Shown here piece after piece: positions 49,498 to 62,600 of a stretch of 64,000 nucleotides of DNA. Under the pieces are notes generated by a model. It was given only the letters and a program-made list of their open reading frames with translations. It searched no databases and was not told where the DNA came from. Position 1 is the first letter of the stretch; each line of letters opens with the position of its first letter. Where the stretch lies: NCBI RefSeq assembly GCF_048593235.1, contig NC_133622.1, forward strand, positions 166,160,001 through 166,224,000. Reading direction: 5' to 3'. Source of the stretch: Sminthopsis crassicaudata. Its lineage: Eukaryota. Position numbers and translations under genes: made by a program.

Positions 49498-50281
49498 CTG
49501 CAAAGGAAGAAAAATGGAAAAACACGTGAAAGGGGTCGGGAAGGCCAGCTGGGCCAGCATCCAGCCATGCTCCTGGGGCCAGGTGTGAGTTTGGAGTCAG
49601 TGTCACTCTTCTCCTCCAACCTTATTCTCCCTACTCTAGAGTTTTAGTCCACTCTGAAAAGTAGACTTGTCTGCTCCCTTGTATGTACCTAGTTATTCAT
49701 TTCTCCCCAGTTAGAATGTGAGTTCCTTGAGAGCAGGGGTATACCTTTGCCTTTGCTTTGATCTTCAGCACTTAGAACAACTGTTCTTGATATGTAGTAA
49801 ACTTTTAATAAAAGTTTGCCAGCTGACTGACACAATTCAATCCCTCAACCAAGATGCATTTATGAAACACTTATTATGACCAGATTGGGCCAGCTAGATG
49901 GTGCAGTTGATAGAGCATTAAGACTGGAGTAAGGAAGACTCATTTTCCTGAGTTCAAATTATGCCTTAGCCACGTAATAGTTGTATGACCCTGGGCAAGT
50001 AATTTAATCCTGTTTTCTTCAGTTTCTTTATATGTAAAAAAGAGTTGGAGAAGGAAATGGCAAACCATTCTGGTTTCTCTGTCAAGAAAACCCCAAATAG
50101 GGTCATGAAGAGTAAGATGACTGCAACAACAGAACAACAAATGTCCAAGCACTGTGCTAGATGCTGGGGGAACAAATATAATTGGTGAGGAGTGCTCCTT
50201 AGCATAATTTAGCCTCTACATATGAAGCTATCCATCCACTCATCTGTCTATGTATCTATCTTTCTTTTTCTTTCTTCACTA

Positions 50282-50498
50282 CTACAATTGTTACACAATC
50301 CTACAATGTTCTTAGGTTACTATTACTACTACATGCTTTATTATAAGCATTGCTAATGCTAATAAAATTATTGCATTTAATGTTAATACTACTACTTCTA
50401 AAATTTCACAGTTGTCAGGCTGTATGGAGGAGATATCATTTGCATACTTCAAGTTCTATGGTGGTTATTACTTAAATGAATCTCAGAGGCTTGTTTTC
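50282..50498 (+). repeat. 217-bp direct repeat, copy B (AMBN intron 5)
   Basis: See copy A. Confidence 0.95.
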
Positions 50499-51730
50499 TT
50501 TTTCTCTCTCTCTCTTTCTGTATGATTATGTCTATATCATTTATTTAAATTATAAAAAATTATGAAATATTTTATTCAGAACTTAATAAACATAAAATTA
50601 AATGAACATTTGTATTTACAAAGTTGAGCCAAAAAAGGGTTATACATGAAGCTAACTCTATTACAAACACTTTTGAAATACACAATAAATTCAACATGTA
50701 ACTTTCAAAACTGTCCTGCTTACTTCTGTTCTCTTCTACATATGAAAAAAATGCTTTAATGATCCTCTTAGCCACCTCCTTAACTACCCTCTTCTCTGTA
50801 TTCCCATTTATACTTTCTTTATTCTTATTAAAAAAAAAAAAGAAAAAGAAAGTTGAAACTCTTGTGACAAAAAAAATCCTGCATAGATTCTCATATTGGA
50901 TTCCTGTTTAAAAGATCTTTATTTTTACTCCTGAAGAATCTGTAGTGATTCCTTTCTGCTGACTGGATAAATCTAAGCTCCTTAATCTGTAGTCTAAATT
51001 CTCCATGATTTCAAACTCATAGATTGAGAAGTAGAAGGGAACTCCGAGGTATTTACTTCAAGCCCTTCCTTTTGTAGATAAGGAAACTGAAGTCCAGAGA
51101 AAAGTGACTTGGTCAAAGTCACACAGGTAGCAAATGGCCGAACAAGGACTCATCCCAATTCCCCATTATTTCTACTCTATCATGATACTACTTTATCCTA
51201 CTCTTTTAATCCAAATCTATTTTCAAACTCTTATTATGCATATCAGGCCAGCTTTTGCGAATTGCCTACTATGTTTCTGTTACTGTACTAAGTGTTGGAA
51301 ATACATAGATAGAAACAAATCAGTTTTTGCCTTCAAGAATCTTATGTTCTATCAGTAGAAACATCGCATTCTTGGTAAGGATGTTTTTGTTTAATTGTTT
51401 TCAGTTGTGTCTGACTCTCCATGACCCTATTTGGGGTTTTCTTTGCAAAGATCAACTGGACTGGTTTGTCATTTCCTTCTCCAACCATTTTAAGGAAACT
51501 AAGGAAACAGAGTTAAGTGCTTTCTCAGGTTCACACAGCTAGTAAGTATCTGAGGCCAGATTTGAACTCAGGAAAATGAATCTTCCTGACTCCAGGTCTG
51601 GTACTCTATGCACTATGGCACCATCCAGCTGCCTCTCTAGATCCTTCTGTTTATCAGACATTTAATTGCAGTGTTTGAAGGGATGACTTTGAGGATTGAT
51701 ATAGAAAATGAATGGAAGGAAGGAGCTCAC

Positions 51731-51841
51731 CTGTTGAGTCTCATGTTCTCTTTGCTGCATCCATGGGAAGGAGGAGTGAGGTGGAAGGAGTCCATGCATC
51801 CATAAAGGGTTAAATTGTTTACCAAAACCAAATCTAGAGAA
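51731..51841 (-). CDS. AMBN: AMBN exon 5, FSRFGFGKQFNPLWMHGLLPPHSSFPWMQQREHETQQ
   Basis: 111 nt; tcctccatag| and |gtgagc; highly similar to human exon 5 (self-assembly/amphipathic region). Confidence 0.98.
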
Positions 51842-52941
51842 CTATGGAGGACATAAAGTAGAGAAAAGGACATTATCTTATTTCTGCAATAAGAGCTAGC
51901 ACTTATAGACTGCTTTACAAATATTACTTTATTTTGTCCACATTAATACTGAATAGATATATTTTATAGAAACACATCTTCCTCACTTTACAGAGGAGGA
52001 AACTGAGGCAGACAAAGGTTAAGTCACAAAGTTACATAGCTAATAAGTGTCTGAAGCTGGATTTGAACTTGATCTTTTTGATTCCAGGCCTAGAAGGCCA
52101 TAGGAAGGCTGAAAATATGGTTAAAATTGAACTATTTAAACATCAAAATTTATGTAGTCCTTAATTAGAGGCAGCATAGAATAGTCAGCATTTATACAAT
52201 ACTTTAAGGTTTACAAAGTGCTTTACATTTACTATTTTATTGGATCTATTTATCTTTCTGGGTCCCAGGTAACTCTGATTATTTTAAGTTATAACTTAAC
52301 TTATAACTTATATAACTTATGAGCCACTATGATTTGCTTATAAAGCTGTTTCTTCATTTAGAATATCATAGACTTGGACCACATTTATATTCAAAATTAT
52401 TTGTTAAATAGTTATTTCTACTAATATTTGGCTTGACAATATAGTCATCTCCAGGTATTCAACCCTTCCTAACCCTTCTCTTCCCCCACCCTCCATTAGC
52501 ATTTTCTTTGCAACCAAAAAAAAAATTAAGTCAAACCAAATGAGCCCAATGCTTGAGCCTAATAGCACATATAATTTCTGTACCCATTATCCTCCAGGAA
52601 AAATGTTTCTTTGATTCCTCGCTGGAACTGATGAGTCATATCATTTCTCAACTAAACAGTTATCTTCAATAACTGTTCAAATATTTTAGTAAATAACTGC
52701 TTGACAGTGAAATTTCCCTGTTTGGCCAAGATCTAGTTTTTCAAATGCCCATTTGTTTTAGCTGATGATGTAAGAGAGAAGACATGAAAGAAGATTCCTT
52801 AGACTTTTTTCTTTTTGTAAATTTAAGTAATCTTATTTGATGATCTATATTTGTAACATTTACAGGACTTCTGTCAACAGTAACCATAGTATTGCTAATA
52901 CTAACTAATAAGAATTAGAGGGAACATTTGAAAACAGTTAC

Positions 52942-52989
52942 CTGAGAGAGCAGGTTTAGTCCATTCAGATTTCCCAACTGTCTCATTGT
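52942..52989 (-). CDS. AMBN: AMBN exon 4, TMRQLGNLNGLNLLSQ
   Basis: 48 nt; ctccttaatag| and |gtaact. Confidence 0.96.
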
Positions 52990-54904
52990 CTATTAAGGAG
53001 AAGAAGAGTTAGAATCATTTGCTCTGTTTTCTGTTTATTATGTTTTTTTTATTATGCTTTTTGTACATTGTCATCAAAAACTGAAAGCAAACCAGATAAT
53101 AATTTGATTTATATTTTAAGAACCAAAAAGAGGTCTAAGACACAAGATTTGCGATGGTCACTAGTTTAGTTCTTCCTTATGTATCTTATGCAGATTTTTA
53201 TTGTTTACTAGAGGGACAAAAATATTTTAAGTGGAAATATATTAAAATATTTTAAGTAAAAATACATTCACTTGAGGAAATTTTATATTTATGCTTCCCC
53301 AGGTAGTTAAAAAAAGTTACATGTCCTCTAACTTTCTGGAATTCATCTTGAAGATAGGAAAAAAACCCATTAGAAATAAGACACATTAGCCTGTTTTTAC
53401 TTCAAAAAAGTCACTAGCTGGTCTTCAACTAAGCAGCTTTTAAACTTTGCCCAAATATTTTACAAACCAGGACCAATTCTCTCATTCTTAGATATGTATG
53501 ATAATAATGTTAATAATAAATTTTATTAGTTAACAGACACTTATGAAATACCTACTATGTGCCATCACTCTGGTAAGATCTGTTCTAAAATATATCTAAG
53601 TAAGTTATCCTAGTCAGTATTCACAAATATACTGGGAGAGAGTTGCTATTATTATTATCATAATTTTACAGATGAGGAAACTGGAGCACACAGAGGTTGG
53701 GCTCTGGTCAGGTCAGAAAAGCAGTGTGCCTTAATCTAAAGTGAACTGATCTCAAATCCAGGAAGCCTGGGCTCAAGTCCCATCTCTGATATGTACTGAA
53801 TGTGTAATCCTGGGAAAGTCTCTCTTAACGTTAACTCTCAGCATTCCCACTATCACTCTCTTGGATTGAAAATTTGGAGAAGGTATCAACAAACTGTCTT
53901 GGCAGAGAGAATCTGCTCACTGCTGAGCTCCCTGTAATAGGTTGAGACTCTGTCTCCTTAAATCATGTCATGTCAAATATTTGACTAAGCCCATATTCTA
54001 TAAACTCAAATTGTATTCAATTAGGAAGGCTACCACCAGGATATGACATAGCATATAATCTGAATTTATAGTATAGTTTTGATGCCAAATATGAGAGTTT
54101 TTAGAGACAATGAATTTTATGAAGATTGAATTTTGTTTTCAGCTGTTTTAAAAAATGTGTAAGACGTAGTAGAAAAAAAAAAACCAAAGTGCAATTTCTC
54201 TGTCTCCCTCCTTTTTCTGTTTCTCTCTCCCTGTTTCTTGCCAGTTCTGCTCTCTGACTCTCCTCTCTGTCTCTTTCTCTCCTTTCTTTCCTCTCTGTCT
54301 CTCTTGATCTCTTCTCTGATCTTTTTCTTTTTTTCTCTGTCTCTCTGTCTGTCTTTTTCACCATGAGAGACAGTTTAATACAGTTGGAAATCTCTTGGTG
54401 GGATCCAGATTAAGTCCTCACTTGTAACTTAATACCTTTGGAACTTTAGATAAGCCACTTAACCCTAGTTAAAGTGTCTTCATGTGAAGTTCCACTTGAT
54501 GCCTCTGGGCTTCCTTTTAGCTATAAATCTATGAAACACTGTGCCAGGTTAACTGTTTTTAAAGGGTCTGTTCACATTTACAAAGCACAGTCATCAGAAC
54601 CACTTTGGTTCATTAGTTATTAAAAATAAATCGGTGACTTTTGTTCATAGTTTCAGGCTGTGAAATATGTGACTGGAAGAGAATGCTCTCAGAAAGGTTA
54701 CCCATTTTCTTTCCAGGCTATTCAGGAGGCAAGAATAAACAGATGAAGAGACAGATTTGAGGCAATAGCCCCATCTATTGATTACAATTCTCAGGGAGTA
54801 GACAACTTTAGATTTTGGTTAAAAACATGTAGTGAATTTGTTCCAGGTTTCTCCCCTGAGAAACAGAACAGTTTAAATGTAATGTAAACACTGAAAATAT
54901 ATAC

Positions 54905-54955
54905 CTCAAGACTTAAGCTCCCCAGTCCAGTTGCTGCGGCTTGCTGAGGATATAC
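54905..54955 (-). CDS. AMBN: AMBN exon 3, VYPQQAAATGLGSLSLE (SxE motif)
   Basis: 51 nt; tcatttcag| and |gtatat; human FFPQQSGTPGMASLSLE. Confidence 0.95.
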
Positions 54956-56248
54956 CTGAAATGAGACAAAAGTCATTGGATTTAACCTTTGTGGCTGAAG
55001 GATGAAGAGCTATCACAGGATTAAATACCAGGCAAGAGGAGATGAAGACTGATGAAGGTGAGAATTCTTGGAACCTTTCCTTATCGTTTTCTTCTAACTC
55101 CAACTGCCTTCCCGCCCTCCCTATCTACTCTAGATTTAAATATTTTGCATTTATTCCTTTCATATTCATTCTGAATATATTTATACATGTACTGGGCTTC
55201 CTTATTTGATTGTAAACTCCTAGGGATTAAGGATTGATTACTTCTTTGTATTTGAATGCATAACACCAACCAGAGCTCGAACAAAGTCATATAAATAGCG
55301 GAAGAATCAGGATTCAAATCCAAGTCCACCCCAACCCATTTTCCAATGTATCATGCCTATATTTCCATTTTTCTGTTTTCCATTTCCAATTTCATTTGAT
55401 TCATTGAAATAATTTTAATTCCAGGCAAAAAATTCTAGGATAAGTATGATTTGTACCTTTAAAAATTATAAAATTATATAAAATATATGCATAATTTTGT
55501 AAAATTATATAAAATTTTTGTATAAATATGAAATTATATTAAAATACTAAAATCTTTTAGAAATTTCTTATATTGATCAACTAACATTTATTAAGCACTT
55601 ATACTTTGAGTAATTTATTCTTTCTGACCTGAGTTTTCTCTATAAAATTAAGGACTTGAATTGAATGATCCCCAAGGGTCCTCTTAGTTCTAAGTCTCTG
55701 ACAGAAGGAGGTAAAGGGGACATGATGTGAGGGATTTTTTATTTTTCTTCAGCAAGGTTGTGTAATCACTAAAATGCTAGCCTTCATGGTATAGACATTT
55801 GTTAGCTATATGACCCTATGCAAGTCACTTATCCTTTATATGCCTCAGTTTATTTATCTATAAAATGGAGATAACAATATCATCTATCTTCCAGAGCTAT
55901 TGTGAGGATCAAACGAAATAATAATTGTAAAGTATCAGCACAGTGTCTGGCACATAGTAAAGACATTGTTAGCTATTATTATAGCTATTGCTATTGTTAT
56001 AGCGCAGTAGTTAGAGTTATAGTGCAATAGATAGAGTGCTTGAATCATCTTCTTGAGTTCAAATCTGGCCTCAGATACTTCCTAGCTGTGTGGCCATGAG
56101 GAAAAAAAAATCACTTAATCCTATTTGTATTAGTTCCCTCATCTGTAAAATGAGCTGGAGAAAGGAATGGTAAACCATTCCAGTATATTTTCCAAAAAAT
56201 CCCAAATGGAGTCATGAAGAGTTAGACATGATGCAAATGATTGAACAC

Positions 56249-56272
56249 CATCATCATCATCATCATCATCAT
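56249..56272 (+). repeat. (CAT)8 microsatellite (SINE tail)
   Basis: Read directly. Confidence 0.95.
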
Positions 56273-56647
56273 TTGTGAAATGCTTAGTCCAATATCTGGC
56301 ATATGGTAGGTGACATATAAATACTTATTCCTTTTCCTTTTCCTCTCCTATTTTGTGAATATTATACTAGTTTAATTATAATATATTAATACTGATATAT
56401 TTAGCATCAACAATAGTAGTATAACTAATTTATTTAAACATAGTTGTTCAAATTTGTCATATTTGTTCAAAATGATTCTTTGCTTCAATTAAAATTATTT
56501 TCCAAGTCATGTTATTTCATTATACTGTTCATTTAAGAGTGGTTTTATTGAATATTAATTCAGAGAGGTTGGTGCAGGGGCTTCTTACTTTCATCCACTT
56601 GGGAAGTGCGGGGATTTGGAGAAGAGTTCAATGTGAACCAAACTTAC

Positions 56648-56725
56648 CTGTTTTATTGGCACTGCAAAACATGTTCCCAAAAGGCACAGCATTAGTAGCA
56701 AGTCCTTCATTTTAAAAAGTGATAT
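56648..56725 (-). CDS. AMBN: AMBN exon 2 (signal peptide), ISLFK-MKDLLLMLCLLGTCFAVPIKQ; likely start ATG at 56710
   Basis: 78 nt; ttttcttccag| and CAG|gtaagt; human IPLFKMKDLILILCLLEMSFAVP. Confidence 0.94.
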
Positions 56726-57502
56726 CTGGAAGAAAATTGGGTTGAGAGATTGCAATTAGTCTAGTCTAGCTTTGGATTTAGTCTTATTAAAAATAGGCTT
56801 ACCCAGGACTCTATTAACATTCTGAGAAGTAACCAGTTGAAACTTGAACAGTTCAATCTTAATGCCCAAATAATGAATTTGATTTTGAAAAAAAGACAGA
56901 ATGGGCAGATAGATTCAGTCTAAACTATTTGTATAAAGCCCAAATAAACCAAGGGAATCATCTAACAGCATCAGCCTTTTTGATTACCACTGGTATAGGT
57001 CCCATTTAGTATAAAAAATGTCTTGGTGCACTATATGATGTCTTGCTTAATTCCTTCCACAGGAACGTACCAATGGTCCACTAAGCATCTTGCTTGCCAA
57101 GAGACATCCCCACATAACAGGAAAACAAATTATAAAATACAAATGAATTATAGCTATAGCCATGGAATACATGAACAAAGATATTAGGCCAAATTTGTGT
57201 TGCATTTGGTACTCTAAATTCCTTCTAGCTCTGGGTATCTGATCCTTAGAGTCCGTAAAGAGTTATACTGGCAAGGGAACTATTTGTTTTTTAAATAATA
57301 TTCTTAAGTAGAGATTGCTAACTAATGCCGAATCTTGTCTTGTTATCCTGTTGGAACAGGCAATCAAACTCATGATTGATAATATTAATCATTCTTGGAC
57401 CCCTCATACAATGACCATAAATCCCTTTTATAAAAATTGTCCCAAGATCACAGAAGCTATTCCCTGCACACATTTGGAAACTAACAAAACCCATTTATTT
57501 AC

Positions 57503-57620
57503 CTTCACTGCTGGCTTGTGCCTTGTTCCCAGAACCTGGAGATACCAGTTAAGAGACCTCTAGGAAAAGAAGAATTAAAAGTTTTTCAGATCATCTGGAC
57601 CTCTGTCTCACTTTGTCTCT
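57503..57620 (-). other. AMBN: AMBN exon 1 (apparently non-coding here; 5' end approximate)
   Basis: Ends CAC AAG CCA GCA GTG AAG|gtaaat, resembling the eutherian M(S/P)AxK but without the ATG. Confidence 0.7.
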
Positions 57621-57644
57621 TTCAGAGGGAGAATAGAAACCTGT

Positions 57645-57667
57645 ATTTAAAGTAGCAGTCCACCAAT
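57645..57667 (-). promoter_or_regulatory. Probable AMBN core promoter: inverted CCAAT (57663-57667) and TATA-like CTTTAAAT (57645-57652)
   Basis: Minus strand reads ATTGGTGGACTGCTACTTTAAATAC, about 140 nt upstream of the exon-1 donor. Confidence 0.5.
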
Positions 57668-58949
57668 GAACTTGAAGCAAAAAGGGTGAGAAGGCTCTCC
57701 TTCAATTAGCACCCACACCCTCTCATTGCATGCAAGGTTCTGGCCTATACAGTCTCATTATTTTTAATTATCTCTCAGCCCCTATGTTTATTTGAAAAAT
57801 AAAGTCAGGAAGAAAGTCAGTGAATAACAGACATTTGCACTTGGGCTCTGAAGACAATCATTTTGGAAAGCTGGGGGAATCTGTGCTAAATGAATCCAGG
57901 AGAAGCTATTGTCCATTTTGGGTATTTTCAGTAGGATGCCAAAGCCCAAGACTTGGGCCACTTAGAAGTTGCTATTGAAATGAGTGCTAGTTCCATCTTA
58001 GGGAATTGTTATTTCACCAACATTTGAATTCAAAACAAAGGACACTATTATTCATTTATCTTTTAAATTTTTTGCTTTTTAATCTTTTCAATTAACATTG
58101 TCACTAATTTACATTAATCAATCAATAAACATTTATTAAGCCAGGCACTGTGCTAAACGTTGGGAATACAAAAAGAGACATAAGACTATCTCTTAATTAA
58201 ATTGACATTAAATCAAACATTTATTTTTCTCTCTTTTCCAAGTTCCCTCCCTACACTGGGAAAAAGCAAAGGAAAACCAAACATTTCTAAAATAAGCCTA
58301 GTCAAGCAAAATCACTTCCTATATTAGCTATGTCCAAAAATATTGGCTCAATTGGATCTTGAATCTGCTACCTTTCTGTCTTGGATTGGACAGCATGCAT
58401 TATTACTGATTCCTGGAATTATGTATATATCTTCTTCCCACTCTGGCTTAGTAGGATGTGCTAGGCAAGGATAGACAGATTAGTACTTGATGATGGGATT
58501 CACATCCTTCTTTTCCTTCATCTCCAAATATTTAAAGGACATTTTTACATTAATCTTGATAACATTGCCCATTAATTTATGATAGGTGATGCAAAAAATC
58601 ATGATTGCTTTTGTTTAGCCATGTTTGACTCTTTGGGACTCCATTTCGGGATTTTCTTGTCAAGATATTGGAATGATTTGTCATTTCCTTTTGCAGCTCA
58701 TTTTACAGATGAGGAAACTGAGCCAAACAAATTTAAGTAACTTCCTAGGATCACACAACTAGGAAATATCTGAGACCAGAATGAAACTCACAAAAATGAG
58801 CCTTCCTGACTCCAGGTCTTGGAGTCTCTTCAGTGCACCACCTAGCTTGTCCCATCCTTGAGAATACTGAATCTTAAAGAAAGAAAATGACTTCTTCAGA
58901 ATTACATAGTCAGATTTTAAATCTGAAACTTTCCAGATTCTTGATCAAC

Positions 58950-61900
58950 CAATCCATCCATCAATTAATCAACAAACGCCTATTAAATGTACAAGACCTG
59001 GATTTAGGCAAAGGTGAAATAGATACAGAAGAAAGGAACAAACTTAATTTTCTAGAAGTTTCATTCTAACAGGAGAGACAATGCATGCATATTGGAAAAA
59101 ACAACATGTACATATTTAAATATAACTAGAATGAATATACATATAATCTTAAGTATAAAATAAATATAAGGTCACTGAACACAAAGTAATGAGGGAGGAC
59201 ATTAGCATTTGAGGGGATCAAGAAAAGCTTTGTGTAGAAGGTGATATTGAAATTAAGACATGGAGAGAGAGAGAGAGGAATTTTTTATGATGGAGATGAA
59301 AAAGAGGCACATTCTGAGCATGAAACACAGTCATTCCATAGGAATGGAGATGGGAGATGAATGTAAAAATTGAGAAAATATCATTTTGGCTAGAGTATAG
59401 AATGAAAAAAGGGGTTCTTCTTCATCCTCAGCCCCGTGGGGCTGGCTGAATTACGGATAGGTTGTGAAGGGCTTTAAAAGTCAAATAGAAGAGATTTAAA
59501 ACCACTGGCATTTACTGTGTGGAAATGTAATATGGTCCTGTACTTAAGGAAAACAACAAACAAAAGTATAGAGGATGGGCTGGAATGAAGAGATATTTGA
59601 ATCAAGAGACCGATCAAGAAGTCATTGCAATAATCTAGATGAGAGGTGATGAGGGTCTGAATTAAAGTAGTAGTTGAATGAACAAAATCAGGGAGTCAGA
59701 TGCAAGAAATGTCATGTAAATAGAAACAAAATTTGGTGACTGGATATGCAAGGCTAGAAAAGTAAAAAAATTGAGGATAATGTCAAGTTATAAGTTTGGA
59801 TGACTGGAAGGACAATGATGTCTTTGATAAAAAAATAGGGAAGTTTAAAAACAGAGTGGGTTTTGGATAGATAATGAGTTCTATTTTGGATGTATTTTAT
59901 TTAAGATGTCTTGGATAGACTGTGAGAGAGAGGCAGAGACACACACAGAGATAGACAGAAAAAGAGAAAAAAAGACACACACAGAGACATAGACAGACAG
60001 ATAGACAGACACACACACAGAAAGGATAAAACTTTGCATTTATGGAGTGTATTATGGATGATGTACCAGCAACAGAGATGGAGAGGGAGTTGATTATCTA
60101 GGTAGGAAGAGAATCAGGAGAGTGTCATTAAAATTCAGAGAAGAGAAAGTATTCAATTGATTTAAAGTGTTAAATGAAGCACAGAAACAGAGAAAAATTA
60201 AACCTTAAAAAAGACCACCAGATCTGGTAATTAAAGATTGTTGATAACAGCAAGTATTAGATTCATAAGGTTGGAAGTCAGGTTGCAAGGGCTTTGAGGA
60301 GTGATTGAAAAGAGAGGAAGTGGAGGCAATGAGAATAGACAGCATTTTCTAGGAGTTTGCAAAGGGAAGAAAAATATTGGATGATAATTTGAAGGTGGGG
60401 TGTAGTGAAGGTTTTCTTTAAAGAAGGGGAGACCTGGGTCTGCCTATAGGAAAAAGGGAAGGCTTTAACAGACCCTGTTAGTGAATGGGCTGGTATGAAT
60501 ATGATCTTTTCCATAACAAAAATGAAAATACAGGAATAGAGAGAAACAGATAAAAAAAATCAATCAATAAAGATTATGGTGTTTACTATATGTTAAATAC
60601 TATGCTGAGCACTCCTCAATCCCCCCCTCTCAAGGGGGGATAACAATCTAATGAGAGATATACAAACAGTTATGCACAAACAAAATATAAGTGGGATAAA
60701 TTAGAAATAATCAGTGGGGGAAAGCTACTAGCATTAAGGGGAATTGAGAAAAGCTTTCTTGTAGAACTTGGGCTTTTAGCTAGAAGGAAGAAAAAGAATG
60801 CAGGAGAGAATTCCAGGCGTCTAGGGCAGGGCAATGAAAATTCATGATGTCAGAAAATGGGTTTCTTGTTTGAGAAAGAGCCAAGAGGTTAATATCACTC
60901 CTTCCCAGAATGTGTAAAGTGGAGTAAAGTGTAAAGAAACTGGGAAAGTAGGAAGGGGCCAGGTTATGAAGGGCCTTGCATGCCAAACAGAGGATTTTTA
61001 TTTCATCCTAGAAATAATAGGAAGCTACTGGATTTTATTGAGTAGGTGGAAGACATGGTTAGCTATGCACTTTAAAAAGATCACTGTCAGCTAATGGAAG
61101 ATGGATTGTCATGGGGGAGAGACTAGCAAGCAATAATCCGAATGTGACACAATAAGGACTTGCTCCCAGGTAGTCATAATGTCTTAGGAGAGAAAGGGGC
61201 ACACATGAGAGATATTACGAAGAATTGCTTATAGTAAGAGATTGAATATTGGGAGGTGTGAGACCTTGAGATCTAAGGTTTGAGCCTGAGATATTAGAAA
61301 GATGGTGATACCTTCAATAGTAATAGTTAAATTAGGAAAAGGGGATAATTTTTTTGAGGCGAATAATAAATTCAGTTTTGGACATATTCAATTAAAATAT
61401 GTGGAAAATATAGTTTGAGATGACCATTAGGCAAATGGAGAAGAGAGATTAAAGCCTTTAAAATTTATTTTGGAGAAGTTGAGGATGGATGGTTAGATAG
61501 ATAGATAGATAGATCTGAAAATTATCTGCATAGAGATAATAATTGAATCCATGAGAACTGCCGAGATCACCAAGTGAAAAAGTGTAGAGGGGAAGGAGAA
61601 TGGGGATAGGATTGAGCTCTGGAAGGCACCTATGGTTAGCAAATGTTATTTGGAAGATGCAACAAAGGACTTTGAGAAGTGCTCAGGTAGATAGGAGAAT
61701 CAGGAGAGAAGAGTGTCACAAAAGCTAAGATTGAATATCAAGGAGAAGAGGGTGATTGCAATGGCTGCAGAGAGATCAGGAAGGATGCAATTGAAAAAAA
61801 AAGGCACTAGGTTTGCCAATTAAAAGATTACTAGTAAGCCTGGAGAGAGAATTTTCAAGTGGATGGTGAAATTGGAAGCCAGACTGTAGAGTTAGGAACA

Positions 61901-62600
61901 GAACGTGAGGAGAGTAAGTGAATATTTTCAAGAAGTTTAATCAGAAAAGGAAGGCGAGATATGAGACAATAGACAGTAGCTAGCAAGGCTGAAGATATCA
62001 AGAAAGCATTTTTTTTTTTGAGGATGAGGAGAAACAGACATGCTTATATAGGTAATAGAGAAGCAGTCAGTAAAAAGGGAGAGAGAATGAAGATAAATGA
62101 GAGAATGAACATCGCAAAGGGGGCAAGCTACTGGAGGAGGAAGGATGAAATGGGGTCACTTGTGCAAGTAGAGTGGTTTCCTTGACAAGGATAAGGGCCA
62201 GAATGAAGACGGCAATACTGGCAGAGTCTCTGGGTGATGTGAGGTGAGAAAGAATTGAGAGGGCAGAACTCTTATTAAAGGACTTCAACTTTTTTCAGTG
62301 AAATATGAAATAAGATTTTTAACTGAGATATTGGGTGTAGTAGAAACTATGTGAAGTTTGAGAAGGGCTAAAAAGGTTTGGAAGAACTGCTATAGTGAGA
62401 TAGTGAGTTAATTAAGAAGATATAAAATAATTGCTTTGCTTCAGTGAGTGCCCATTTGAGATTAAATAAAATACATTTGTGTGGATTCACAGTTTGGGGT
62501 TTTTCTCTAGTTTATTTCAGGAATGAATGGGTAGGAGTGAATAATTTATCATTAATTCATTAATAACAAAAACATAATTAATTCATAGTTAGATAACCTG
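58950..62600 (-). mobile_element. Long, nested L2 relics upstream of AMBN
   Basis: Purine-rich antisense L2-type sequence with two L2 tails (about 58960 and 60560) and a GA/CA simple repeat at about 59925-60020; boundaries approximate. Confidence 0.65.

Larger units (their letters stand above)
40490..57620 (-). other. AMBN: Ameloblastin gene, complete (exons 1-7 and 10-13 in human numbering); about 405 aa from the exon-2 Met
   Basis: Ten phase-0 coding exons with GT-AG ends, each matching its human AMBN counterpart, ending ..WHFQEP*. Gene ends are approximate. Confidence 0.97.

Noticed and set aside
49326-49619. Alternative-frame and antisense ORFs over AMBN exon 6
   Set aside because: By-products of the GC-rich exon; no independent support
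57709-57720. Runx2/OSE2-like site near the AMBN promoter (ACCCACA)
   Set aside because: Mismatch to the ACCACA core; too short to support
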